Part shown: positions 1-7,821 of the stretch, one piece after another
Numbering within the stretch: the stretch's first letter is position 1
Layout: the number at the start of each line of letters is the position of its first letter
Source of the DNA: a metagenome
Reading direction: 5' to 3' (one strand)
DNA: 16,599 nt
Sequence record: Ga0255781_10001971
Notes under the pieces: model-generated
The model's input: only the letters and a program-made list of their open reading frames with translations
Databases searched by the model: none
Told to the model about the DNA's origin: nothing
Translations under genes and position numbers: made by a program

Positions 1-2
1 CG

Positions 3-323
3 ACACGTTCCACGAACGACGTCGACGACGACGACGACGGGAACGCGCCGTCGCTCGCATCTGCGTCGCGCTCTCGCATCGCACTCTCACACCCGCACCA
101 CGCGCGGTACGACGAGGGTTCGCCGCCGCGCGCGACGACGAAGACGACGACGAAGACGAAGACGCGAACGAACCCGAAACCGCTCGCATCGTCGTCGTCG
201 TCGTCGTCGTCGTCGTCCGCGTCGTCTGACGACCGGTGCGTCGCGCGTGTCCGTCCGTCCGTCTGTCGCTCTCCACGTTTGAAACGTACCGGTATGTACG
301 TACACAGTACCGTGTATGTGTAA
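3..323 (+). CDS. possible 3' end of an upstream gene (low-complexity Thr/Ser/Asp-rich tail), partial at window edge
   Basis: Frame 3 is open from the window edge to TAA at 321-323. Its third codon positions are almost all G/C up to about 230, more so than the other frames. It has no start in the window, so it is absent from the ORF track. I recognise no homology. Confidence 0.25.
   Translation, partial: TRSTNDVDDDDDGNAPSLASASRSRIALSHPHHARYDEGSPPRATTKTTTKTKTRTNPKPLASSSSSSSSSSASSDDRCVARVRPSVCRSPRLKRTGMYVHSTVYV
189..217. repeat. (TCG)n trinucleotide microsatellite, about 9.7 units
   Basis: Perfect tcgtcgtcg... run read directly. It is flanked by other GAC/GAA-type triplet runs at 20-40 and 135-170. 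Confidence 0.9.
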
Positions 324-335
324 ACAGTTCGCATC

Positions 336-346
336 TATATATATAT
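336..346 (+). promoter_or_regulatory. TATA-like (TA)n element upstream of the fucosyltransferase gene
   Basis: The sequence ctatatatatatga lies in a short AT-rich patch about 105 bp upstream of the ATG at 451. It is the only AT-rich element in this spacer. Confidence 0.3.
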
Positions 347-450
347 GATATGATACGTGACGAGCCCATCGGCGCCTTCAACACTAAAAATTGCTCATCG
401 GCGACGACGCCACTTCCGAGTCGTCGGCGTCGCGCGACGAACGCGGCGGT

Positions 451-2346
451 ATGGTTGGCGACGCGACGGAGCGCGCGTCGTTGTTGGGCGACGCCGAGAC
501 GCGTGAGGCGACGGCGACGCGTGGAAGGCGAACGCGTCGGCGCGACGATGCCGACGACGATGTCGACGCTGGGCTGATGAAATGGGTGTTATCGATGAGT
601 CGTCGTGATGATGACGGTGAAGCCGACGACGTCGCGGGAACGTCGAGCGCGCGAGTGCGGTACGGCGACGTTGATGAGGACGATGCGCCGTGGGACGCTG
701 TGCGTCGCTTTTGGGCTTCGCCGTCGTCGTCGTCGTCGTCGTGGGGATTTCAGAGCGAGCGAACGAAACGAGTCGCGGGCGGGGCGGCGATCGCCGTCTT
801 AGTCGCGTTGGTTTCGGTTTCGTCGTCTACGTCGTCGTCGTCTACGTCGTCGTCGGTGTCTTCGTATTGGTTTGATGGAGTCGTGGGTTGGGGACGAAGT
901 CACCGCGCCGCGACGAAGGCAGAGGCGGCGTTGTCTCTCGCGCCGTTGAGAGAGACCAACGCTACGGTGCAGGACAGGTACGCGAAGAACGCGAGAGGCA
1001 AGGTGGATAGGCTCGCGTTGGCCGCGGCGTTGGATCCCGTGCATCATAGGTATCTTCCGGATGCGTTCCATGGTTACGACCCGACGCTTTCGTACGATGC
1101 GTATGCGCACAAGCCCGAGGTGTCGGGGTCGAACAAGGGGTTTTCCGTGTGTTTCGACGTCGCCAAGCAACACTGGGACGCCGTGTACGCCACCGGGTTT
1201 GGATTGCTATTCGAACCCGGTTTGTGTTTCGACAAGGTTCAGTCTGGTAACTGCGACACGAGCAAGGCTGACGTGAGAGTATTTAGCCAATCTGCCTACC
1301 TTTGGGCTGGCAGACACAAGAGCAAGAATGGCGCGTACGACAAGCCCGCCAAGGTGCATCCGAAGCAGGTGGACTTTTACTTTGCCCACGAGGCGGCGGG
1401 CACGTTCGGGGGCGAACTCAGGCGCGCGGATGTTCTCGCCCAGTTTGACTACCTCGCGTATTTCGACAATAAAAAGTCCGCCGTCTGGTGGCCGTTCGGA
1501 CCGACGCTCAACTCGCTCGTGCACGATTTCCCGGCGCACTCCACGCCTTTTGCAGAGCGCATCCCCGGCCTCGCCTGGATAGCCATAGATTGTTTGCCAC
1601 CGCGTTCAAGCCTCCTCGTTAGGATTGCGGATCACTTTCCAGTCTTTTCCATGGGTTCCTGCAAGCACAACGCCCAGGCTCCAAAGGGACTACCCCAGAG
1701 AGGGAACTCGTCGGCCAAGTATCAAGAGCTTATGGCCAAGTACATGTTTTACTTTGCCATGGAGAACGCCCCCGCGTGCAACGGGTACGCGACTGAAAAA
1801 ATTTGGATGGCGCTCGCTCGAGGTTCCATTCCAGTTTACATGGGTTCGCCCGACATTGAAGAGCTGATGCCGGTGAAGAACGCCTTTGTGGACATGCGCA
1901 AGTTTGACTCGCCCGAGGCGCTCGGCGAAGAGCTTCGATCCATCGCGAGGGACGAAGAAAAGTACAAGTCGTACACGCAGTGGAGGTATGAAGATCCACA
2001 CACGTGGCAACCGGGTTTCCGCAAGCTCTTACGCGTCATGAGTAGCGACGTGAAGATGGGCGTGTGCGCCGTCTTGCAAAAGGGCGAAGCGGCGTTTCCA
2101 AAGAGCGCTCCGCAGACTGGATCGTGCGACGGCAGCTTCAAAGCGTTGGGTCTTAATTCTGGGCAGATGCTCGGCGTCCCCAACGCGCCTAGAAACCCTT
2201 CCGACTTTTTGGAGAAGAAGTGCGACGAGCTCGACGCCAAGTGTTACAAGTGGCGTTTGGCGCCGCTCGGCGAACCGCTCGTCAAGCAAAAGCACCCCGT
2301 CGCCAAATTGGGTCGTCACACGAGAAAGCGCGGCGACGAAGCGTGA
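451..2346 (+). CDS. GT10-family alpha-1,3/4-fucosyltransferase-like protein, type II membrane topology
   Basis: Track ORF 391..2346 begins at TTG; the first ATG is at 451. The C-terminal region carries the GT10 signature KYMFYFAMENAPACNGYATEKIWMALARGSIPVYMG (the FxxxFEN...Y.TEK motif). The N-terminus has a charged tail, one hydrophobic span (AAIAVLVALVSV) and then a Ser-rich stem, which is the typical Golgi glycosyltransferase layout. The stop is TGA at 2344-2346. Confidence 0.8.
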   Translation: MVGDATERASLLGDAETREATATRGRRTRRRDDADDDVDAGLMKWVLSMSRRDDDGEADDVAGTSSARVRYGDVDEDDAPWDAVRRFWASPSSSSSSWGFQSERTKRVAGGAAIAVLVALVSVSSSTSSSSTSSSVSSYWFDGVVGWGRSHRAATKAEAALSLAPLRETNATVQDRYAKNARGKVDRLALAAALDPVHHRYLPDAFHGYDPTLSYDAYAHKPEVSGSNKGFSVCFDVAKQHWDAVYATGFGLLFEPGLCFDKVQSGNCDTSKADVRVFSQSAYLWAGRHKSKNGAYDKPAKVHPKQVDFYFAHEAAGTFGGELRRADVLAQFDYLAYFDNKKSAVWWPFGPTLNSLVHDFPAHSTPFAERIPGLAWIAIDCLPPRSSLLVRIADHFPVFSMGSCKHNAQAPKGLPQRGNSSAKYQELMAKYMFYFAMENAPACNGYATEKIWMALARGSIPVYMGSPDIEELMPVKNAFVDMRKFDSPEALGEELRSIARDEEKYKSYTQWRYEDPHTWQPGFRKLLRVMSSDVKMGVCAVLQKGEAAFPKSAPQTGSCDGSFKALGLNSGQMLGVPNAPRNPSDFLEKKCDELDAKCYKWRLAPLGEPLVKQKHPVAKLGRHTRKRGDEA

Positions 2347-2376
2347 AATAGGTAATAGCGCGACACGAATTGTTCA

Positions 2377-2442
2377 TCACACACGCACACACACACACTC
2401 ACACACTCATACTCACTCATACTCACTCACTCACTCACTCTC
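2377..2442. repeat. compound CA / CTCA / CTCATACTCA microsatellite
   Basis: The run reads cacacacgcacacacacacactcacacactcatactcactcatactcactcactcactcactctcc. It lies in the spacer between the fucosyltransferase stop and the next ATG. Confidence 0.9.
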
Positions 2443-2483
2443 CTCCCCACTGCTCGACGACCGACGACTGACGACCGCACGGC

Positions 2484-3254
<771 letters not shown>

Positions 3255-3389
3255 TTGCGAGGATGATTCGTTTTATCAGTAGTGGTACTAAAAGTAGTCG
3301 TGTATTATATTCTATCTAGTGTGCGTGTGCGTGCGCCGCGCTGCGCTGCACCGTCGGCAGCGCTCAAACCTCTTCTTCCGCCTTCTCTA

Positions 3390-4868
3390 CTATCCTCGTC
3401 GTCGTTCGTAAATTTGCACGTACGTCTCAGTCAAGTTGACTTGCTGAGGTAAAACCTCTTCGACGCGCAAATCCTGCGTCTCGTACCAGTTCTTATCCGG
3501 CGCGTGGTAAACCATGGCGCGATACGACGCCGACTCGTCCTCGATGGACGGTCCGTCGTGCACTACGTTGGCGACCAAGTCGTACGTCGCCGCTTCGCCC
3601 TCTGGAACGGGCACGTGGTCGGCGACGTTTAAGCCTCGCACGGGAAACGTCACGATTGTTGGATTCTTCTCGGTGAAAAAGTTATTCTTCACGAACCTCG
3701 AATAGCTAATGATGAGATAGTCTGGAAGCTTGGTGATGCGAAACCTGCGTCGCGTCTTCGGATCGGGCGTCGTCGCGTCGAAGCGTTTCAGCAGCGAGCG
3801 CTCCAGAGACACTTGAGGAATAACCTGCGCTTCGGATCGGGCGTCTTGAAACAACGGAACGTTGGGAAGTTCCATGTGAAGCATTAGGAACTTTTGCGGC
3901 ACCCGTGTCGTTCTTCCGTCGTCGTCGTCGTCGTCGTCGCCCGTGATGATTTCCAATTCGCCTTGAAACATGGACTCAATCGTGTCGAAGTTCGTTTTCG
4001 TCGTTTTCGTCTTTTTCTTCTCCTTCTTCTCCTCGCGAATGAGTTCGTTGAGTAGCCAGCGAAGGAAATGCGCGGCGTCGCCGCCGGTTCCGGTCCCAAA
4101 CGCATCCTTTGACCGCGTTCGAACCGCCTGAACGAACTCGTGCGGGCTCGCGTGTCCTTTAAAGTTGCGCTCGTTCCACATTTTCTTTGTCAGATGTGAC
4201 AGTTGTTGCCAGATCAGCGAATCGTCCGACGACGACGCGGATGACGACGACGAAGACGGCATCAACAGCAATCGTCTTCTGAGCGGCGTCACTCGACTCA
4301 AGCTCTGAAGCACGGCGCAAATACCGTCTGAATCGCGCTCGCCTCTGCGCGCCGTACCGTTGAGCCCCGCGACGCCGACGAGAAACTCAGACCCATCCAA
4401 AGCGCGTCTCCACATCGGTCCCGACTCCACGTTGTCGACGCAATACTCGGTGTTATTCGCCATGTACGTCTCCGGTTTCAGTACGTCTCTGATGCGTCTC
4501 AGCGTCGCCGAAGCCTCGGACGAGACCTCGTAGCCGTCTGGCAAACAATACGTCCTTCCCGTTTCCAAGTGCATGAACACGCGGTGCCCCGTGGGGGTCT
4601 CGTTCAGCGCCGCGTGTTTATACGCGTGCGTGTTTTTCCCTCGTCCAGAAAAGTATTTTCCACACACCAGGCACGCGTACACGTGCACCGGGCTCAGCGA
4701 CACCGAGCACTTGCGCTCAAAGTCAAAATCCAGGTTCGCGGTGGCGATCGTGTCGAGGTACGGGCACACCGCGGAGGGTGAGGAATCCGAAGGCGGAACC
4801 GGAGGCGCGACATCGTCGTCGTCGTCGTCGTCGTCGGACGCCGCGGCTTTGCGTTTACCACGCGCCAT
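3390..4868 (-). CDS. USP39: U4/U6.U5 tri-snRNP-associated protein 2 (USP39/Sad1-type inactive ubiquitin hydrolase)
   Basis: Track ORF 3390..4964 starts at GTG; the first ATG is at 4868 (MARGKRK...). There is a ZnF-UBP-like block, CPYLDT...HVYACLVCGKYFSGRGKNTHAYKHA. The UCH-like core FLVGVAGLNGT...AVLQSLSRV has a degenerate Cys box lacking the catalytic Cys, as in USP39/Sad1. The C-terminal block is YDLVANVVHDG...YRAMVYH...WYETQDLRVEEV...YVQIYER. Confidence 0.85.
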   Translation of the reverse strand: MARGKRKAAASDDDDDDDDVAPPVPPSDSSPSAVCPYLDTIATANLDFDFERKCSVSLSPVHVYACLVCGKYFSGRGKNTHAYKHAALNETPTGHRVFMHLETGRTYCLPDGYEVSSEASATLRRIRDVLKPETYMANNTEYCVDNVESGPMWRRALDGSEFLVGVAGLNGTARRGERDSDGICAVLQSLSRVTPLRRRLLLMPSSSSSSASSSDDSLIWQQLSHLTKKMWNERNFKGHASPHEFVQAVRTRSKDAFGTGTGGDAAHFLRWLLNELIREEKKEKKKTKTTKTNFDTIESMFQGELEIITGDDDDDDDGRTTRVPQKFLMLHMELPNVPLFQDARSEAQVIPQVSLERSLLKRFDATTPDPKTRRRFRITKLPDYLIISYSRFVKNNFFTEKNPTIVTFPVRGLNVADHVPVPEGEAATYDLVANVVHDGPSIEDESASYRAMVYHAPDKNWYETQDLRVEEVLPQQVNLTETYVQIYERRRG

Positions 4869-5167
4869 AGTCGGTCTAGTCGCCGCCGACTGAAGTGTCT
4901 GGAGTGTCGTGTCGGTCGTCCAAACGTGGTGCGCGCGTGAATTACAAAACCCGTACGTCGACACACACCACTCGGTGTGATTTTCGGGTAAAACACTTTT
5001 CCGTACACTCGACTACGTAACAGACCACGGATTCACACTCCGTAGTCTACAATCCTCTCTACTAGCCGCTCGAAAGATGCGGATTGGTAAAGCCTTAGCG
5101 AGTACATACGACGATGAAGCGCCATAATTGGCGTATCGTTCATCGCTGCGGACCTATGTCCGAGCGG

Positions 5168-5240
5168 TACTTCATAGTGTAGATGGTTATCACGCTAGGC
5201 TTTCACCCTAGAGACTCGGGTTCGAATCCCGGTGAGGTAA
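5168..5240 (+). tRNA. trnE-UUC: tRNA-Glu (anticodon UUC)
   Basis: Hand-folded cloverleaf:
- acceptor stem TACTTCA/TGAGGTA (7 bp, one G-U)
- D stem GTGT/TCAC (3 bp plus a 13:22 mismatch), with loop AGATGGTTA
- anticodon stem CTAGG/CCTAG, loop CTTTCAC, giving anticodon TTC
- variable loop AGAC
- T arm TCGGG-TTCGAAT-CCCGG
- discriminator A
The fold contains box A-like and box B-like elements. Confidence 0.9.
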
Positions 5241-5242
5241 AC

Positions 5243-5246
5243 TTTT
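5243..5246 (+). terminator. Pol III T-run (T4) just after tRNA-Glu
   Basis: cTTTTa begins 3 nt past the discriminator. A second T4 lies at 5258-5261. Confidence 0.45.
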
Positions 5247-5288
5247 ACTAGATAGCGTTTTATCCATTCAAGTACGTGTCAAATGTCC

Positions 5289-5321
5289 TACTTTTCATAA
5301 ACATGTTTATCGGTGAGGTAA
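5289..5321 (+). pseudogene. internally deleted tRNA-Glu-like unit (acceptor and D-arm remnants only)
   Basis: TACTTTTCATAAACATGTTTATC|GGTGAGGTAA aligns to the tRNA-Glu 5' end (TACTTCATA...TGGTTATC) joined directly to its 3' end (GGTGAGGTAA). It lacks about 39 nt covering the anticodon arm and most of the T arm. It is preceded by ATGTCC, as is the intact gene (5156-5161). Confidence 0.45.
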
Positions 5322-5365
5322 ACTTTTACTAGATAGCGGACATACGAAGTACGTACCAAATGTCC

Positions 5366-5398
5366 TACTATGCATAAAGATATTTATCGGTAATGTGA
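5366..5398 (+). pseudogene. second, more decayed internally deleted tRNA-Glu-like unit
   Basis: TACTATGCATAAAGATATTTATCGGTAATGTGA matches the 5289-5321 unit at 26 of 33 positions by hand alignment. It is also preceded by ATGTCC. Confidence 0.4.
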
Positions 5399-5637
5399 TT
5401 AAATTTCTTATAGGCTACTCAGTTTAAAAGTTTTTATAATACGGATATAGATAGTAGGAAAAGTATTACTGAGCATTATCTCGACGGTCCGACTTGGCGT
5501 TGTCGACCGAATGCGGAGACTCCGCTGCGTCTGTCCGCAAACGTCGTCGTCTGCGCTCGAACGTCGTCGTTCGTGCGCGAACGCCGCGCTGAGTGAAAAC
5601 ACCGCAGCTGTCCTCATCTTCGTCTTCGATCGCGGCG

Positions 5638-6600
5638 ATGTTCGTGCGCCGCCTTCGCGGTGACGCCGAGAGAGACGAAAATTCACCCCTGTTGGCGTCA
5701 ACACCATCGGCGTCTCGCGTGAGGTCGTCGAAATCGGCGCCGTGGTTCATCGCCGGCGCGCTCGCGCTCGCCTCGCTCGGGTTCGCGTCCGCCAAGTACG
5801 GCTTCGGAAACGACTTTTCGAACGCGCTTGGCTCTCACAAGTACATCGTCACGCAGCACAGAATGCTCGGACCCGAGGTTGATCAGTGCACCGCCGCGTG
5901 TCACAAGCACAACAACTCGGCGATCGGCGAGTACGCGTTTCAGGATGAAAAGTGCGAAATCAACGGCGGAGGCCTCGGGTGTTACGGTCCGAGCTGTCGC
6001 TTGTGTCAAACGAAACCGTACGCGTCGCGTCCGACTCAGTGGAGGTATCAGCAGTGTCCGCCGTGCGTGTGTAACCACCACGGGGCGACGGGGTGCGACC
6101 CGTGTCCGGGCAGGTACTCGTACTTTCGCTTCAACGTGAAAACGATTCGCCAAAATACACCGGGCGATGAACTCTTTGGCACGACGTGCTCCGGTTCGAT
6201 GATTTGTCAGTTTTCTGAAGTCAAACTGTATACAAACAAGGGGACAGAGACGCTCGCGCTCGACCCAGAGCAGAGCACCGTGCTCAACGGAAACCTCTGC
6301 GCTTCAAACGAGGGTCCGAACGCGGCGACGGATGGCGACTTGAACACGAAAATGTGCGACAGAGACACCGTCGGTGAAGAAGGTGGGCTCAATTTCGTAT
6401 TCGCCGCCGTGGAGCCTTCGCAATTTTCCCACTACGAGTTTTTCACCGCCAACGATTGTCCGGTGCGCGACCCGACGTCGTGGACGTTTTACGGTTCTAC
6501 GGAGTCGAATGAAGGCCCGTGGATCGAGCTCTCCAGTGGAAGCCAACAGCCGCCAACCGCACGATTCGCATCGTACGGTAAACGCGCCGTGTGCGGTTGA
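5638..6600 (+). CDS. signal-anchored Cys-rich protein with C-terminal galactose-binding-like (F5/8 type C / discoidin-like) domain
   Basis: Track ORF 5593..6600 starts at GTG; the first ATG is at 5638. It has a short cytosolic tail followed by a hydrophobic anchor, APWFIAGALALASLGFASA. A Cys-rich module follows (CTAACHKHN...CEINGGGLGCYGPSCRLCQ...CPPCVCNHHGATGCDPCPG). The discoidin-like domain has these landmarks: YSYFRFNVKTIR, CQFSEVKLY, NAATDGDLNTKMCD and YEFFTANDCPVRDPTSWTFYGS..EGPW. Confidence 0.65.
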   Translation: MFVRRLRGDAERDENSPLLASTPSASRVRSSKSAPWFIAGALALASLGFASAKYGFGNDFSNALGSHKYIVTQHRMLGPEVDQCTAACHKHNNSAIGEYAFQDEKCEINGGGLGCYGPSCRLCQTKPYASRPTQWRYQQCPPCVCNHHGATGCDPCPGRYSYFRFNVKTIRQNTPGDELFGTTCSGSMICQFSEVKLYTNKGTETLALDPEQSTVLNGNLCASNEGPNAATDGDLNTKMCDRDTVGEEGGLNFVFAAVEPSQFSHYEFFTANDCPVRDPTSWTFYGSTESNEGPWIELSSGSQQPPTARFASYGKRAVCG

Positions 6601-6734
6601 GCAGTTTTACAGTAGTTCGCGGGCGCTGCTCCCCTTTTCTTCACACGTATGCCCATCGCTTTGTAGTAACTCTTGTCAGTGGCGGTTTCAATGTTATAAA
6701 TCACAACCTTAAGACTAGTACCCTACCACCATCG

Positions 6735-6755
6735 CCACCACCACCACCACCACCA
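6735..6755. repeat. (CCA)7 microsatellite abutting a CACGTG (G-box/E-box) hexamer at 6754-6759
   Basis: The sequence gccaccaccaccaccaccaccacgtgg was read directly. It lies about 110 bp upstream of the ATG at 6867. Confidence 0.85.
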
Positions 6756-6832
6756 CGTGGGTATGTGGTTCGGGCTAGGTTCAGGTGGTGGCTCACACTC
6801 ACTCTTTCATCCACGCACTCCTCTTTTCCTTT

Positions 6833-6868
6833 CGCGTCAGACTTCGATAGCACGCGTCAGACTTCGAT
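6833..6868 (+). repeat. 16-bp direct duplication (cgcgtcagacttcgat x2, 20-bp period) overlapping the start codon
   Basis: Copy 1 (6833-6848) is followed by ag, which reads ATA. Copy 2 (6853-6868) is followed by gg, which creates the ATG at 6867. Confidence 0.85.
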
Positions 6869-7703
6869 GGGCGTCTCCGCATCCGTCGTCGCGTCAGACG
6901 ACGAACGCCGACGTCACTCGGATAATGTAAGCGCTTGCGCCGCCGAATTCGTCGCTCAGAACAACGATAACGACGACGAAAGCTTAACGAACTCTGATGA
7001 AGATGTTGAAGATGATGATTCGGACCTGAGAGGGACGCTGCGCGCGTTGAGAAACGCGATCGAACAATCCACGACGAGTAGTACTAGTCGGCGGAATAAA
7101 CCTCAACTTTCGTCGTCGTCATCGTCTTGGCGCGTGGTATTTGACTCCAGCAGACACGGTTTGAGTTTCGGCGCGTTGACGCGCGCGTGCGTCGAAAACG
7201 CGCTCGCGCCACTCGCGCTGCTCGTCGAGCCGAACGGAGAGGACGACGCGCCGGTTCGCGCGGTGTACCTTCCGAATGGGGTTCCGGATGGGCCACGGTG
7301 TGAGATGTTCGGGGATTCGTACGCCGCGTGCGCGTTCGAGTTGGTGGCGGCGCCCACGACGCCGAAGAAGACATTTCGCGACGTCTCGCGACCCGTCGGA
7401 TCGAACCCGTCGGTGTACTTTGCGTACGGCTTTGACGCCCACGTCAACGGATTCGGCGTGTTCGGTCGACCGGGGCGCCACGTCGTGTTTCTTGACGATA
7501 AATTGGAAGACGCGCACTACGATTACGGCGCGAGATCGGTATCGATCGGACGCGTCGTCGTGACGGTTCGGCTCTCGGAGGATGGCAAATCGCAGACAAA
7601 GAAAAAGACGACGACAGCGTCGACGACGCGCGCCGCAGAGACGTACAGAATAATGTCGCAATACACGGAATCGTCCATCAATCGAGACGTCGTTTCGCGG
7701 TGA
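6867..7703 (+). CDS. TLDc-domain-like protein with N-myristoylation-type N-terminus
   Basis: Track ORF 6591..7703 starts at GTG and its first 92 codons are low complexity; the first ATG is at 6867. The N-terminus MGVSASV fits the MGxxxS myristoylation consensus. The TLDc-like landmarks are WRVVFDSSRHGLSFGALTRAC...PLALLVEP, FGDSYAACAFEL and GFGVFGRPGRHVVFLDDKLEDAHY. This is a motif-level call only. Confidence 0.6.
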   Translation: MGVSASVVASDDERRRHSDNVSACAAEFVAQNNDNDDESLTNSDEDVEDDDSDLRGTLRALRNAIEQSTTSSTSRRNKPQLSSSSSSWRVVFDSSRHGLSFGALTRACVENALAPLALLVEPNGEDDAPVRAVYLPNGVPDGPRCEMFGDSYAACAFELVAAPTTPKKTFRDVSRPVGSNPSVYFAYGFDAHVNGFGVFGRPGRHVVFLDDKLEDAHYDYGARSVSIGRVVVTVRLSEDGKSQTKKKTTTASTTRAAETYRIMSQYTESSINRDVVSR

Positions 7704-7821
7704 ACGAATGAATGTACCATACATCACGTACGCGTTCGCGCTTGTAACAACGCAACTACCGGTAATCCAAACGAAATCGTCACTCGCGGACGCACCGAGG
7801 GTTCGTGAACCCGAAGCGACG

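Larger units (their letters stand above)
5230..5398 (+). repeat. tandem repeat (81 + 77 bp, plus a degenerate third start) that begins inside the 3' end of tRNA-Glu
   Basis: cggtgaggtaaacttttactagatagcg occurs identically at 5230 and 5311. The remainder of each unit, aagtacgt..caaatgtcctact..cataaa.at.tttat, matches at about 85 percent. A third, decayed start (cggtaatgtga) is at 5388. The whole array lies in an AT-rich island (5241 to about 5470) within GC-rich DNA. Confidence 0.9.

Noticed and set aside
87-305. A 72-aa minus-strand ORF made largely of Arg runs. Similar Arg-rich short ORFs occur throughout, for example 605-802, 799-1173 and 15706-16023.
   Set aside because: These are translations of CGN/GAC triplet repeats in the wrong frame or on the wrong strand. 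They are not credible proteins.
5113-5144. An imperfect hairpin, GATGAAGCGCCA-TAAT-TGGCG...TTCATC, about 25 bp upstream of tRNA-Glu.
   Set aside because: It is short and asymmetric, with no box C/D or H/ACA features. I cannot distinguish it from chance.
5151-5169. ATGTCCGAGCGGT immediately upstream of tRNA-Glu resembles the D-arm/box A region of type II tRNAs (Ser/Leu). I considered a split or permuted tRNA half.
   Set aside because: No matching acceptor 3' strand, T arm or long variable arm lies within several hundred bp on either side. The similarity runs straight into the tRNA-Glu acceptor stem. It is kept only as context for the repeat finding, because ATGTCC recurs before each unit.
5242-5250. 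CUUUUACUA in the tRNA-Glu 3' flank, repeated at 5323-5331, is identical to part of the invariant U5 snRNA loop 1.
   Set aside because: There is no flanking stem, no Sm site and no other U5 feature. A 9-nt AT-rich match is expected by chance.
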